Both the position numbers and the translations under genes were made by a program. Source: Octopus sinensis (Eukaryota). Taken from it: a stretch of 64,000 nt of DNA. Where the stretch lies: positions 186,001 through 250,000 of the forward strand of contig NW_021836000.1 of NCBI RefSeq assembly GCF_006345805.1. The letters run 5' to 3'. Position 1 is the stretch's first letter, and every line of letters begins with the position of its first letter. Positions 1 to 12,430 of the stretch are shown piece by piece. Below the pieces are notes generated by a model. That model worked only from the letters and a program-made list of their open reading frames with translations, ran no database searches and was not told the DNA's origin.

Positions 1-1532
1 TCATTCCTTAAAGAAAAAACTCTGGCAAGAATGTTTCCCCGAGATAGCCATCTCACCTCAGTGTGGAATAACAAAGCCTTTCCATCCTTTTCAAATTCTT
101 CGCAAATAAGTCTGAAAATGCGCGAATTTAAAGCACTCTTTTTAATATAATTTATGATATGTACGACATCATCGAGAACATATCTTAAATCTGAAGGTAA
201 TGTTTTTGCAGCAAGTGCATATCGATGTAGCATACAATGCATATGTTTCGTTTCCTGGTTAGCAAGTCTAACTTGGCCTCTAAAGCCAGAATGAAAGCCA
301 AGCATTGCTGAAGCTCCATCGGTTGTGCAACAACATACATTATTCCAAGATAACCCAACACTGTCAAAAAACATAGAAATTGCTTGAAAAATATCTTCTC
401 CTTTAGTGGTCGATTCAAGCGAATAGGAAAATAAAAATTCCTCTTTAAAATCTCCGTCATAAACAAACGAGCAAATATTATTAATTGAGCACAGTTCGCT
501 ACATCGGTGGATTCATCAACTTGTATAGCGAAATTTTGATGGCATGAAGTTTTTATTTGTTCTACCACCTGAAATAAATAATATAATAATAACCTGACAC
601 TTAATATTTTCTGACATTTCAGAAATTCGTCGATGAACAGTATCATTCGATAATGGTATTTCCGAAATCATATTTTCAGCATGAGTGCCAATAAGAGTAC
701 GTACTATGTCTTTACAACAAAGAAGAATCAGTTTTTCGGCAATATTATGAGGTTTCTTTTCTTTCGCTATACGTAATGAGATCATGTAAAATGCTAATAG
801 CATGGAATTATCAGAAGGCAAAGTTTGTATGAAACGAGTCAATACTTGATTTTTCATCATTTTACGCAAAGAAATAAAATAATGAAGAAGAAGAATATGG
901 TTTATTTAATACAATAGCTCCAAAAGAAAAGTGGCCGAGGAATTAGAGCTTAGGGGGCTTGATAACGAGAGCCACGAAGGTCTCAACTTCGATTTTGCCC
1001 CGGGAGACTGTCTTATCTCCCTTAGCGAATTCGAGTTTTTGCCAGGATTAGATGGGGATGACATGTGCGCAAGTGTCTCACAAGAGTTGTTGGTTTCATG
1101 CTATTGTGTGACAGAATTTTCATGCACACAACACATTTTGGGCTTTCAAATCCATCTTTATCAATACAAATAAACCCATATTTTATATAATCAGGATTAT
1201 ATTTGCGTATCTTAATAACATGCGAGGAATTCATATCAATAGCGTGCTTAAAAATTTTATTAACTTTTACTAAAAAATAAATATATATATACGATTTTTA
1301 TAAATAATTGAGTTACATTCAGCTTTAAAGTAATTTAGCCTTCTCAGTATTATTGAATATTAAAATATATTAATTTATAATATATCTAAAAGAGATATTA
1401 TTAATTATGATTTAATTCTATTATATATTAATTTAAAATTGTTATCATTAAATAGAAACATTTAAATAAAGTTTCAGAAAAATCTCGCGGACCCCCTGGA
1501 ATCTTTCGCGGACCCCAGGTTGAGAACCACTG
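1..1532 (-). mobile_element. hAT/Buster (ZBED5-like) DNA transposon, 5' part; degenerate, continues off the left edge
   Basis: Terminus reads CAGTGGTTCTCAACC on the minus strand (ends at 1532) and is followed by AGTTAGAG (NNNTANNN). BED finger KYGF..C..C..LSHNSMKP..L.RHL (1022-1234), then KKPHNIAEKLIL, IPLSNDTVHRRI and FAIQVDESTD. A 25-nt GT-AG intron (569-593) joins KCQ|VVEQIK. Frameshifts are present. Confidence 0.9.
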
Positions 1533-1599
1533 AGTTAGAGTCTTAAAATATGTTAATTGACATACAAATATATTAATTTTTTTAGTTTAGGCAAAAGTG

Positions 1600-1700
1600 A
1601 TAAAAGATTAATCGAAGGGAGGGCCAGCAGCCTGGCGGATCGCCAAACTGTTCCCCCGGATAACGGCGATCGAAAACCGCTGAAAAAGCCAGTCCATTGA
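1600..1700 (-). mobile_element. CRE-clade non-LTR retrotransposon, extreme 3' fragment
   Basis: Minus strand encodes MDWLFQRFSIAVIRGNSLAIRQAAGPPFD*, the same C-terminal motif as ORF 7837..8631. About 85% identical to 35028-35120. Confidence 0.85.
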
Positions 1701-1734
1701 CAGCCATTGACATAATATTTCTGAATTAACAGTA

Positions 1735-2070
1735 TTAAAAACGTTAATGGAAATTGGTCCCTTCACAGTTCTTATCGACTCATCATCTATTAGTTTTCAA
1801 TTGTATCGTGAAGGTTATTAACATTTCTACAGGTCAATAGGTGTCCATGGTAATGCCCATTGTGGCACAGAATTAAATTATGTAGTTACTCTTGTCGGAT
1901 ATGGGGTAGAAAAAGGCAACGAATATTGGCCCATTAAAAACAGATGCCGGATTTAAACATAAAAACAGTTAGGGTCGACGCTGGTGAATAGCCGGCTTTG
2001 AAAAAATAGCACGAAACAAAAATAACAAGTGCGGACTTGGATTTGAAATTTATTATCCAGTTTATCCAAA
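1735..2070 (+). pseudogene. Cathepsin L-like (papain family C1A) C-terminal pseudogene
   Basis: GPFTVLIDSSSISFQLYRE|GVHGNAHCGTELNYVVTLVGYGVEKGNEYWPIKN|S*GRRW*IAGFEKIARNKNNKCGLGFEIYYPV. Two tiny-intron positions (second donor is AT instead of GT), catalytic His appears as Tyr, two stops. Confidence 0.8.
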
Positions 2071-2639
2071 CTTTTATTTTTCTTTACCGTCTTCTCTCTG
2101 CTATTAGTGCGAAAAACTGCTATCTCCCCTCGATGCCAACTTTTCCCTTTTGTTGACAGTGATTTTAATTCTTTTTTCTACATTTTTCAGGGGAGACCAA
2201 TTAATTTTAAATATTGATTATATAAAAAAAAGTTTAACAAGTTTATCCAGAGAAAAAGGGAGATATTACGCACATTAAATTTATAACAGAGTATATAACA
2301 AAAAAAAGTATATAAAAAAATATAATAAAATATAAGATCAAAAATGATAAATAATTGTTAATTATGTTTTGAATTGATATAAAAACGCCTTCAAAGCAAT
2401 TTTTAGGCAAAAAAAGCTTTAAATAGCCAATAAACATAAGAACAGTAAATAAAAAATAGCAAATCACAAAAAATGATTAAAATTAAATAAAATTTGATCT
2501 AATTAATTGCTTTTTGATTTAATGTAATAGAAAAAAAATGTAAAATAAAAATTAAAACAATTTAAGTAAAAAAATTAACATGAGATTTGCTATCATTATA
2601 AAAAAGACTGAAAACAATAAATTTTCTTTCGCAATTTCC

Positions 2640-3030
2640 GATACCGAACTGAGGAATCTTGACTCATGGTGTACACAGGCATCAGAAAATCAACAACGAA
2701 TCTCTCCACAGGCTCAGCAATTTGGCGCCAATCAGCCATGACATCATAGACGGCCGCTGGAGAGTATTTGGGCACATCCTAAGAATGGACCAAACTGCAC
2801 CTGCCTACCAGGCCATGGAAGAATACTTCCTGTCAGATTGACTAGAATTTCGCGGACGGCCCCGAACAACAGTGCAACCTGTTCTGCAACACGACCTAGT
2901 TTGCGAGGGAAAATCCCTAAACAACTGCGATGAATTGGACAAACTCTGCAGGTGGGCCTAAAACCGCAGAAGGTGGAAAACGATGGTTAAGAAGGTCGTA
3001 TCATATGTGACACGCAAGGAAACATGACTT
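2640..3030 (+). mobile_element. RTE-like non-LTR retrotransposon 3' fragment
   Basis: RWRVFGHILRM..TAPAYQAM..YF then RGRPRTT; similar to 15337-15615. Confidence 0.75.
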
Positions 3031-3399
3031 ATTCTGTTCATTTTCCTACGAGAAGTGCTATAATAATACTTCTTTTAAGCTTAACTAATTATTTCATGGC
3101 TAATTGGTGACCTTAGAAAGTGTTTGCATAAAAATTCCATCTTGGAATGTGGCAGAGTGGGTTAATACAGTAAAATGACTATGAAGATGTTATTTATCAA
3201 TAAACAAGAAAACGAATAAAATGAAGGATTATTGTCATTTTTTAAGAGACGTACACCAATAAAAGAAATGGCCCCTAATGATGAAAATTGGTACTAGAAT
3301 TCATTGATATTAAAAATTTTAAAGAGTCTGTTTCATTCTCAAAACAATTATATAAGAATGCATGATATTCAATTGAGTGGAATCCTAATATGATAATCA

Positions 3400-4870
3400 A
3401 AACGTTCTCCAACAAGTTCATTAAAAGTAAATAGGTTATTAAACTTATTAATCCCATAGGATCTCCGGGGAGTGAATGGCAAATTTTGTGCGGAACAAAA
3501 GAAGACCAGGACAATAGAATAGATTGGCAGTTGTGTGCTCGTTAGCACAGCAAATGGGACAAAAGGGGAAGATCGAGATGTCCATTTTATGTGCATAGTG
3601 GTTTAATGAGGAGTGATGACCAGAACGGAAACGAACAAAGTTTGTCTGAGCCGAACGGTCGAGAAAAAATTCAGAAAGGTGAACGTCAGGAGGAGGTTTA
3701 TTGAGTACAGAGTTAGGCGTCAGCTGAAGAATTGCTGACGTAAATATCGAATAGTGAATTCTCTTCATTGGATATGGACATTGGTGCAGGCCATCAATTT
3801 TAGCAAGGATCCGGGAATATAGATTCGCCGGCGTGTTTTTCACTGAACGAGAATTTCCGTTTAGCACATGTAAGGCAGAGCAAGGATGATAAAGAATTCG
3901 AGATCCAAATAAAAATTGCGCTCCTCTCATATTTAGATGATCATCAATTGGATTTTCCTCGGGGGTTCACATAAGAGCTTCAATGAGAGTGAAGTTAGGA
4001 ACAGCCCTAAGAAATCATCTCCATGGCATGAAAAATGATTTAGCTCTTCGATGTCCAAACATCAAAACCAGCTTGATCGGATATAGCCTGCAGTATTTTT
4101 CCATCTCGGTTTTCTTTCGACAGCCAAAAGATAGGCATTTATAATTTAGGTCTCCTGCAATCAGTGGAAATTGGTTGTTTTTAAAGAAATCACCACTTGA
4201 GTTTTTGTTTTCAGCTAATTTCTTAGAGTACATTCCCCCAATCAGAATCCGGAATCTAGGAGGTGGATTGGAATCTGTAGTTTTATTATTCTTCATTGAG
4301 GGACAGCCCCTATATTTAGCCCGGTGTTCTAATGATTCACAATTGATGCAGAGTTTCGTGCTTCCTCTAGAATTTGGGGATTCTTTCCTATCATGAAGAC
4401 CGTCACAAGTAAAGCATCTTATTTCTGCTTGGAAAAACGTGCTATATGCCCGTAGGCTTGACATTTTTAACAACGAGTCTCATGCTTACAGAGCAATGCG
4501 TAGTCAATTTTTCTAAAGCCAACGTTTAGTCCTAGTCGGATTAATGAATTTGCCTCACGTATCAAGGGTATACTTAACTTTCATACTAGTAAGCTTTTTC
4601 CAGACTTCATGAAACGTTCCACTTTAAATCCCGGTGAGAGTATCGTTGGGAAGAACTTCTAGAGTTCTTCATTACTTGCCCAGTATGGAAAATTACTTAG
4701 GAAGATCTCCGATGGACGTAACTCAATCTGCCGTATTTAATGGCACTCAGAGCCAAAATGTTTTAGCTCATCACCTCTATTTGGAAGTTTCTAGCCTCCA
4801 CATGAGATCTGAACTTGAGTATAAATGAGCCATTCATTTTGGGTGAAATTCTAGCTTTTAGAGGAGTTTA
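3400..4870 (-). mobile_element. APE-type non-LTR retrotransposon (Jockey/I-like), internally deleted and degenerate
   Basis: ORF1 zinc knuckles RCFTCDGLH and CINCESLEHRAKYRGCP, an APE fragment LIAGDLN, and the C-terminal FVRFRSGH..L..Y...CPIC..EHT..NLFYCP motif. Confidence 0.75.
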
Positions 4871-5539
4871 AATTGAGCATAGTATGTTGTATTTCTGCAT
4901 TTCGCAAAGTATTTGGCTGTTTATTATCAGATTGAGGGATATAGTTTCACGGGGAGTATCAGTATCATTATTTTCAATGTTAAGATTATTTTGAATTTTT
5001 GACATCACAAGAACGATGTGCTAAAATAAGACTTTTTCTTTCACATTACAAAATTTTTGTGAAACTCTTGATGTGAAAACATCCTTTCTTTGACATGAAT
5101 CTTTATAAAATTTTAACTGTATTTATATTATGAAGATATCCAAAAAGCTACGTAGAGTCTTCTTTATTTATCTGAATTATTAATTTTTTTATAAATATTG
5201 TTTTTTAAGTATTTTGTCAAGAAAATTCAAAAGAGAGTTCTCTGTAAAAATCTCGCTAAATTTCACGCTGTCTACTAAAGGTTTCAAGTCTCTGGGTATA
5301 TCCTCCAGGTAGATTATAAACAAAATAGAAAACAAAAATTTCTTTGCGGTATGCTATGCGATGTGAAGAAAAACTGTGAAGTAGTTTTTCTCAGTGTTGT
5401 TGCTACTTGCCTGTTTTTCAAAAGTTTTTATATAATTCTGACGTTAATCAAATTTAAAAAATTGGTAGCTAAATGATTTTCCTTTATAAACTAAATAAAG
5501 AGTTTTTGTAATGTCTATTGAAAAGACCTCTATGCATTT

Positions 5540-6290
5540 TGCGTATTCTTCTCATAATGTCCATCCCCACTGTGTACTCGATAACATCGGCAATATCTAC
5601 TTTGGAAAAACCTACATTCATTCAGACACCCAGATATTGTGCGCATAGCCTTGTTTTGTACTGATTTAAGTGCCATTGTCGAGTTTATGAATAGGCAGGG
5701 CGCCCAGCTTGGACTTGCATAACTTAATACGGGCGTATGTATTGTTTGTAAACTCGATTGAGAAGTGGCTTCTGGGCGTCTGTAATGTGACCATTTATTG
5801 CTTTTAGTATGTTTGTGCGTCTGATTGCCTTATCAGAAATGTTAGAGACATGCTTGTTGAAGGACATAGTTGGATCAAAAGTAAGTCCGAGGATAGTAGG
5901 GTTTTTGCATAATGGTAGGTCAGAACCAAAGAGAGATAACTGTGGTGAAGGTTTGATTGTCTTCTATCGGAAGAAAATAAGGTGACCGATGATTTCGAGT
6001 CTGTTCTCAATTAACCAATTCTCAACGGAGTATAGTAGTTGCTGGATGTTGAGAGAGGCTGATATGTATAATCTGCGTGTTTAGAAGCAATGATAATTTC
6101 ATCTTCGTAAGATAATGTCAAGTTGTTTGGGTCATTAGCCGGAAAGTCATGTAAATATAAGTTAAATAGGGAAGGGGACAACACAGAGCTCTGCGGTATC
6201 CCACTTGGAAGATAACGTTGTTTTGAACATCTGTAATTCATATTTTGCAGTTGGAATATGTCTCCATAGTGACCCATTGAAAATTCAGCA
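5540..6290 (-). mobile_element. Non-LTR reverse transcriptase fragment
   Basis: SGIPQSSVLSPSLFNLYLHDFP..SYEDE (degenerate YADD) and TPVLSYASPSW..VQNKAMRTISG (thumb region). Confidence 0.8.
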
Positions 6291-6374
6291 TTTTACAACT
6301 TTTTTTATTTATTTTAGATTTAATTACATTAATTAATTTATTTCAAATAAAAATGATATGTTCTAATTATTTTA

Positions 6375-6862
6375 ATGCTCAACATTCTCTTCTGCATAAT
6401 CTTATTTCATTCATACATCGCCAATTTGGATTGTAATTTGTCTCTCTTTAGAATGTTATACTTGATTAATTCATCATTATATATTTTAGCTCCAACTGTT
6501 TTTATAATGAAACAATTAAAAATGATGATTTGAAAACAATTAACATTTTTGATGGTGTCACATTTACAGAAAATCCACGATTTAAGAATTTGATTTCTCT
6601 TAAAAAATTGTACATTTTAACAATTATATATAGTCGATGCGCTAGTCATTCTCTACACAAACTAGTTGAAGATTCATTTGAAGGACTAGAATCGTTATTG
6701 TACATGTATATTATTTATTTATATTCTATTGATTTCTGTTTGAATGTAGAATGCTTAATTACATCAATATCAATACTTTTTCTGGTGTTCCAATTACTTA
6801 CATGTTTCACAAAAATAATTAATTTAAATTTAGGCATATGTTTTTATTCCTTTCAATTTTAA
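6375..6862 (+). CDS. Putative secreted leucine-rich-repeat-like protein (3' extent uncertain)
   Basis: Hydrophobic N-terminus MLNILFCIILFHSYIA, a GT-AG intron ~6443-6490, then NLISLKKLYI and HKLVEDSFEGLESLLYMYI (LRR-like). The promoter/start region is repeated at ~7390-7470. Confidence 0.4.
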
Positions 6863-7779
6863 GGAGTAATAAGCTATTTAAAATAAATTATTTAAGAAAT
6901 CGTTTAGGAATCCATATGTTTCCCGATCAACATCTCTGTTTCTTTGAAAATACTGCACAGCCATTTAGGTTTGTTTTAATTTATTTTTCGTTTTAGCTTC
7001 CAGTTTTCAAACCACACATGGATATTTTTTAACAAGAATTTTGTTATGCTGTCTCATTCAACTATGCAGACTCAAGAATCCTACAGTAAAAACTGTTTAT
7101 TTAATAATAGTTTGCAATAATTGTCTACCAACACTAACTAATAACATAATTTGTTCATCTGATATAGAACTACAAATTGATATCAAATTTTGACCAAATA
7201 ATATTTAATTAACGTTTTTTCTTGAAATAAATTTAATTTTACGAAATTCGAATTTTTTATTTGATAGTAGTAATTAGCAAGGAACCTCAAGACTATATTT
7301 TGTTTATAGAAAAGTCATACACAACATCGGCATTTCACTGTGATAAGTAGTTGCGAATTCAAGTATTGATTGAAATCCAGTTTTACTTAAAATGAAAAAT
7401 TTTATTCTAGATTTAGATACATTAATTAATTTATGTCAAATAAAAATGATGTGTTCTAATTCTTTAAATGCTTGGGAAATTCTTTCGCCATCTGACACAT
7501 AAAAATAAAAAGTAATTATGAAGATACCAAAAATCCAATAATGAAGTACATTTCAATAATGAAGAATCCAATAATGAAGTAATTTGAACAGACTGATTAC
7601 ATTGAAGTTTAATCAAACTCTGCTGAAAATTGAGTTCCTGATATTCTTTAAATGAAGTCACGAAAGGTTGAACGATCCAGTTTGGAATTGGATCTTCAAC
7701 AAAAAAGAAATCATCAAATTTTGTCTTGAAATTTTTCAGATGTTTGATTATCAGACTTAAAAGAAAATTATCAGGTGGA

Positions 7780-8660
7780 TTTTTTTTTTTTTTTATTAAA
7801 CTTTTTTCATTTAAATAAATTGAGTGAAAATGATTATCATAATCTTAAGCTGCTGATGATCGAGAAGACGTTGCCCCTCAGGATCGCAATGGATATTCTT
7901 TGGAACAACCATTGCTTCTCCCGAGGCTCTCTCCGTCTTCTCGAGATCAGATTCCCGATTTTAACGACGAGTTCAAACGATTTTTGGCTCATGGTCCCGG
8001 AGGTTTCTACAGATATTGGGGAGAAGATAAAGTTATCCAGCAGGTTGGAATATTTCTGAGCTTTATGTACCTCAGCCTTCTCAGCGGCTGAGCCTGGACT
8101 GATCGCGGAGTCAACTATATTGGTCTTTGAGAAGGTGTCTGTGCACGTGGAGTCCCACGCGAGGCATTTCCCATTACTCCACGGGAAAATGGTGACTCCA
8201 TCTGGGCGTTTACCGTCTCCACGGTCAAGCCCAACGGGTTCCAGTTCTGTCGGGAATCCAGCTGCTTGTAACGCAGCCGAAATAGTCTCGTTGATAGCGG
8301 AGTGTCTGGGAGCACGGCCAGCACTCCTTCTGCATGACAGGGGATGTAGTCCTTTGGTATCGACTTTACTCCCACATCGGCATTGGCCCCCCGAACAGAC
8401 ATTAAGTCCCAAGCGCATTGCTACGCCAATCCTCACACAGTCATTATCGAGAAGGGTTCCAGATTGGGAGCAAGGGAGGGCATTAAGCCACGCTCCACTT
8501 TCAGGTCTGGCAGCGGCACCGAAACAAGCGAGGCGATGCTGATCCAATGTAGGTCTGATTGCTTCCATTTTAGCTTTGCTGGAGATATCATCCCATTCCC
8601 ATTGGCGTGAAATGTTAGATGGAATGGCCAATCCAGATCCCTTCCAGAATTCGCAAACTA
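7780..8660 (-). mobile_element. CRE-clade non-LTR retrotransposon, 5'-truncated (zinc knuckle + restriction-like endonuclease)
   Basis: ORF 7837..8631 has C.CG..VD..G.H.LSC..S.GR..RH and KRPDG...W..G..LAWD.TC, then ETSG and WLFQRISIAILRGN. A 15-nt T run at 7780-7794 is the poly(A) tail on the minus strand. Confidence 0.9.
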
Positions 8661-8682
8661 AAATAATTGTTAATTAAGTAAA

Positions 8683-9186
8683 TTAATGATGTTAATTCTT
8701 TGATTGAGAGGACGCGCGAATAGATAGGCAGTTTCAGCGCAATATCGCGAGCGAAATGCGCTGAAAAAGCCAACTAGACTCACGTCTCTCGTGACTCTTC
8801 CTTGAGATCATCAAGCCGATTTCCGAAAGGAACTCAAGAGCTTTTGGGCCGATTATCCCGCTCGTTTCGAAAGCCAGGGGGACGAAAAGGCAGGTGTTCT
8901 CCAATGAGGCATACTTTGTTATTTTTTTGTTTCGGCATGTGCGGAGGCTGAGCCAGGGCGGGAGGCAGAGTCCATGAGAGATGACGAGGAAAACGAGTCG
9001 ACACAGGTCACGTCCCAAACGAGAGCGAGTCCCCCCTTGAACGGGAATAGCGTGGACCCGTCGGGACGTTTTCCGTCGCCACGGTCTAAACCAACCGGCT
9101 CTAGGACCGAAGGGAATCCAGCGGCGTTGAGCGCGCGCTTGACAATATCATTCAAGGCGGCATGTCTGGGTATACGGCCGGTACTG
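8683..9186 (-). mobile_element. Second CRE-clade 3' fragment, degenerate
   Basis: [39 protein letters not shown]. Frameshift in an A run after HAETKK; TGA at the conserved RGN glycine. Confidence 0.9.
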
Positions 9187-9312
9187 ATTTAAATTAATTA
9201 ATTTTGTTTTTCTTTATTAACAAATTATTTTAGTTTAAAAAATTATTAACAGCTCTTTTCTTTTTTTAGACGGATTTAAATGATCTAAATTTCCATTTTG
9301 TTAAGGAAATTA

Positions 9313-10256
9313 CAGTGGAACTTGTCTAACCCGAACTCCGACGGGACCATGAAAATCGGCCGGTTTATAGAGAGATCCGGTTTATCAAGGTTTTGAAATT
9401 TATGAACATAATCTTACCAAAAGGACTTAAAGTAAGATTCTATTTATTAAGAAAATCTGTCAAAAAAGATTGTTTAAGATTTGATTTTTTTCACAATGGC
9501 CGTGTAGTTCAGAATCATTAATTCTTTTATTGACTGAAGGAGAGAAGGATCCTCCGTGCAAGCGAAGTGCTGTATATCTTCGAAAATTGAGCGAATGTCA
9601 ATGCGAGTTAATTTGGCTTCGTCTGCTTTTTGCGACTCGCCATCGTGGTTAGAATCACTCGGACTCTCCGCATCAGTTGGTTTTCTTGGAAGATGCTGCT
9701 CCAAGATGGCATTTTCCCATTCGTCGAAATCTAGCCCTCTAAAACCATTCCCAAGTGATCTTATTTATATCATCAAACTTGCATTTATTTTCAAAACGCT
9801 TTTTCTTGCTGTTTCCATTGTCATCGTATATGTCCAGATATTTAGTAGAGTTTTTCAAAATATCAGATACAGTGCTGGTCCCAATACCATATTTTTGGCT
9901 TAGATCTTTCTGTGTTAACTTAGGTGTGGATTGATAATCTTTTATGAGTTAAACTTTATGGTTCAGGTCGAGTTCACAACGAGCACGTTTCATTGATATT
10001 AAGTCAAATATAAAACTTATTAACTTTTAAAATTATTATTTTTTAATTTTTTAAAAATAAATTTTTGTTCGGTTTGCACAGTGTGAAAAAAGCCGTTGGG
10101 ACTTGACATTACGGCCGGTTTTCAGAATATAGAGGATCCGGAATAAAGAGATGAAATTTATATTGAAAAATACTGTAAAAAATTGGGACCGGAGAAAACG
10201 GCCGGTATACGGAGAGATCAGGTATATTTAGGGGTTGGTTTAGACAAGTTCCGCTG
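9313..10256 (-). mobile_element. pogo/Tigger non-autonomous element (internal deletion)
   Basis: TIRs CAGTGGAACTTGTCTAA / TTAGACAAGTTCCGCTG with TA on both sides. The CENP-B-like HTH AKKYGIGTSTVSDILKN is joined to the transposase C-terminal tail. Confidence 0.9.
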
Positions 10257-11525
10257 TACTTTAATTTTTTTAAACTTTTTTAATAATTCTTTAAGTGTAT
10301 AAAATATTTTTTGTGAAGTTTGTCATTGAACCCTCAATCGTGATAAAATAAGAATTAATATTAATTTAGCTTTCATCTCATTTATTTCCATGAATTCGTG
10401 ATTGATGAATTGATTTTCTTAAACTCGAAATGACAAGATTCCGTGATTCTTTGGGTTTCGAATTTTTGCCTTTGGAAGTAAATATAGGATTTAATTGTGT
10501 CTAACCGACAAATATTTATAAGATCGGCATTTGTTAACAACTAAAATATTTTTTCATTAATATATGTTACTGATTGAAATTTTTACTAGTCATCCACACT
10601 TTCTGGTCAACTTCAGTAGTTGCGAAATCTGCATGCAAAGTTCTCAATTTAGAATTTTTACGTCTTTTAAAGTTGTTTAGCTAATCATTGCTTGTTTAAA
10701 CTGTTTAATTTCATATTCTTGCATTTTAACAAAATCGTTTTATCATCGTAAAGAAAGTAACTTCGAGACCCAATAAATTTTATTCAAGTGAAAAATAATC
10801 GCGGTCAAGATAAACTTGCATTATCCCCTTAGAAGATTCTAGAAGGTTCACACTTTTTCAAAATTATATCCGGAACTGTCTTAAAATCTAACAAGTTTGT
10901 TGTTTTCAGAAACTAGAGGATGATAATTATTCGAAAAAAATACTGAAACTTATAGAAGAAATCTTTCAAGCAACTCAATGAATCATTTTTAAAAATAGAA
11001 AATGTATACAAAAATATGAATATCAAATATTGAAGTACAACAAAGTTGAATGGCGATAACATTCTAGCGGTCGACTAATTTCTTTATGAGGGATCTGGGC
11101 AAATCCTTGTTCATTATTCCAAAATGATGAACAAAATCTTAGATTTGGACTAAATTCCCATTTAACAGACAGGCAAGTCCCAAAAAACGTTTTTTCCGAC
11201 AAAATGTCTTTCATTGCCTCAGCAATTTGTCTAAGACGAAATTTGAAAATTAGACAGCCGTCATTTTTCAAATCATACTTAGTCTTTATTTTAATAAAAA
11301 ATACAATAAATGAGTGTGTGAATTGTCTAATATAAGACGCAATACAAACATGTGAAGCCACGGGGTGTTCTACACGCACTGATAAACAAAAAACTAAGAA
11401 ATATTAAATTTGTAAAAACCATATAAAAATCCGGTTGTGGAAACATCAAAGAAATCGTTTTCATTGATTAATCTTAGATAAGCCATTATTGGCTTATTTA
11501 ATCTAAAAACTTAAATATTTGATTT

Positions 11526-12430
11526 TTATTTACTTTTCTTTTCTCTTCGACGACTTTCTAACATTTTTCTTTCATAGGAATTTTTTTCACTTTCACAATC
11601 TTCCTGAATTTCACCGTCTTCTAAACACTCAACCAGATTTGGATCTTCAGTCTTTTTTTCTGCATTTTCTAGAGTTTGAGTTTCTTTTTTGATAATCTTT
11701 TCTTTTTTAACATGTTTCTTTTTTAGTTTTTTTTCTGAATATTTTGAGGTTCGTTTTTTTGTTCTGTTTTTCTTGATTCTAGTACGTTCCAGTTTTTTGT
11801 TCTTTTCTTCAACAAATTGTTCCAAAAGTGTACTCTTTCTTTTTTTCTTCTTACTGTAATTTTCTAGATTTTCAATTTCTTTTATCTTCTCAATTTCAGG
11901 ATTATCTAAAATTTCACTTTCATTTTCTTTCTTAACAGTTCCAGAATTTTCTTGAACTTTCTCATTATTGTTTTCAAAACAAGTATGGCTTTCGTTCTTT
12001 CCAATATCCCATCTAGATTGTCTAGAGACCTTTACTGTCTAAATAAAGTTTTTTGACATTTTTTCAAATCATACATTATTTTCCTCCCCTCCAATCTCAC
12101 ACAAAATCTTCTCAAGTCTGGTAATCGCCAAGGGATTAAACAGTCCTTTGTAATTGCCTACAGTCTCACTGAGCTTATAAATATTCTAATCAATAATCGA
12201 ACAATTTAATCATACCTGATATGTTTGATCTTGTCTTACGTTTAATACTAATAACTGTATTAAGGAAAATTCAACATAAAGTTTTTTAGCCTGATTATCA
12301 ACTACAAATAGATTAAATTCTGACTTGTCTTTGCTAGCAATTGGTTTTGAGGATTTCTCCCCAATGTCATCAATTGAGAAATGAGGTGATTCAAAAATAG
12401 ATGATTGTTAAATATAAATATCCACGTTTT
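11526..12430 (-). CDS. Hypothetical spliced protein with Lys/Glu-rich C-terminus
   Basis: The frame stays open across two GT-AG introns (TYQ|NIYK and ENN|TVK) into ORF 11526..11825. No family recognised; start uncertain. Confidence 0.55.

Noticed and set aside
2127-2147. CCCCTCGATGCCA(A/C)CTTTT shared in inverted form with ~44597-44616
   Set aside because: Probably the ends of a dispersed element, but no partner termini or TSD could be defined.
7775-9192. Plus-strand ORFs 7775..8059, 7900..8091, 8120..8542, 8383..8610 and 8974..9192
   Set aside because: Antisense shadows of GC-richer CRE coding sequence.
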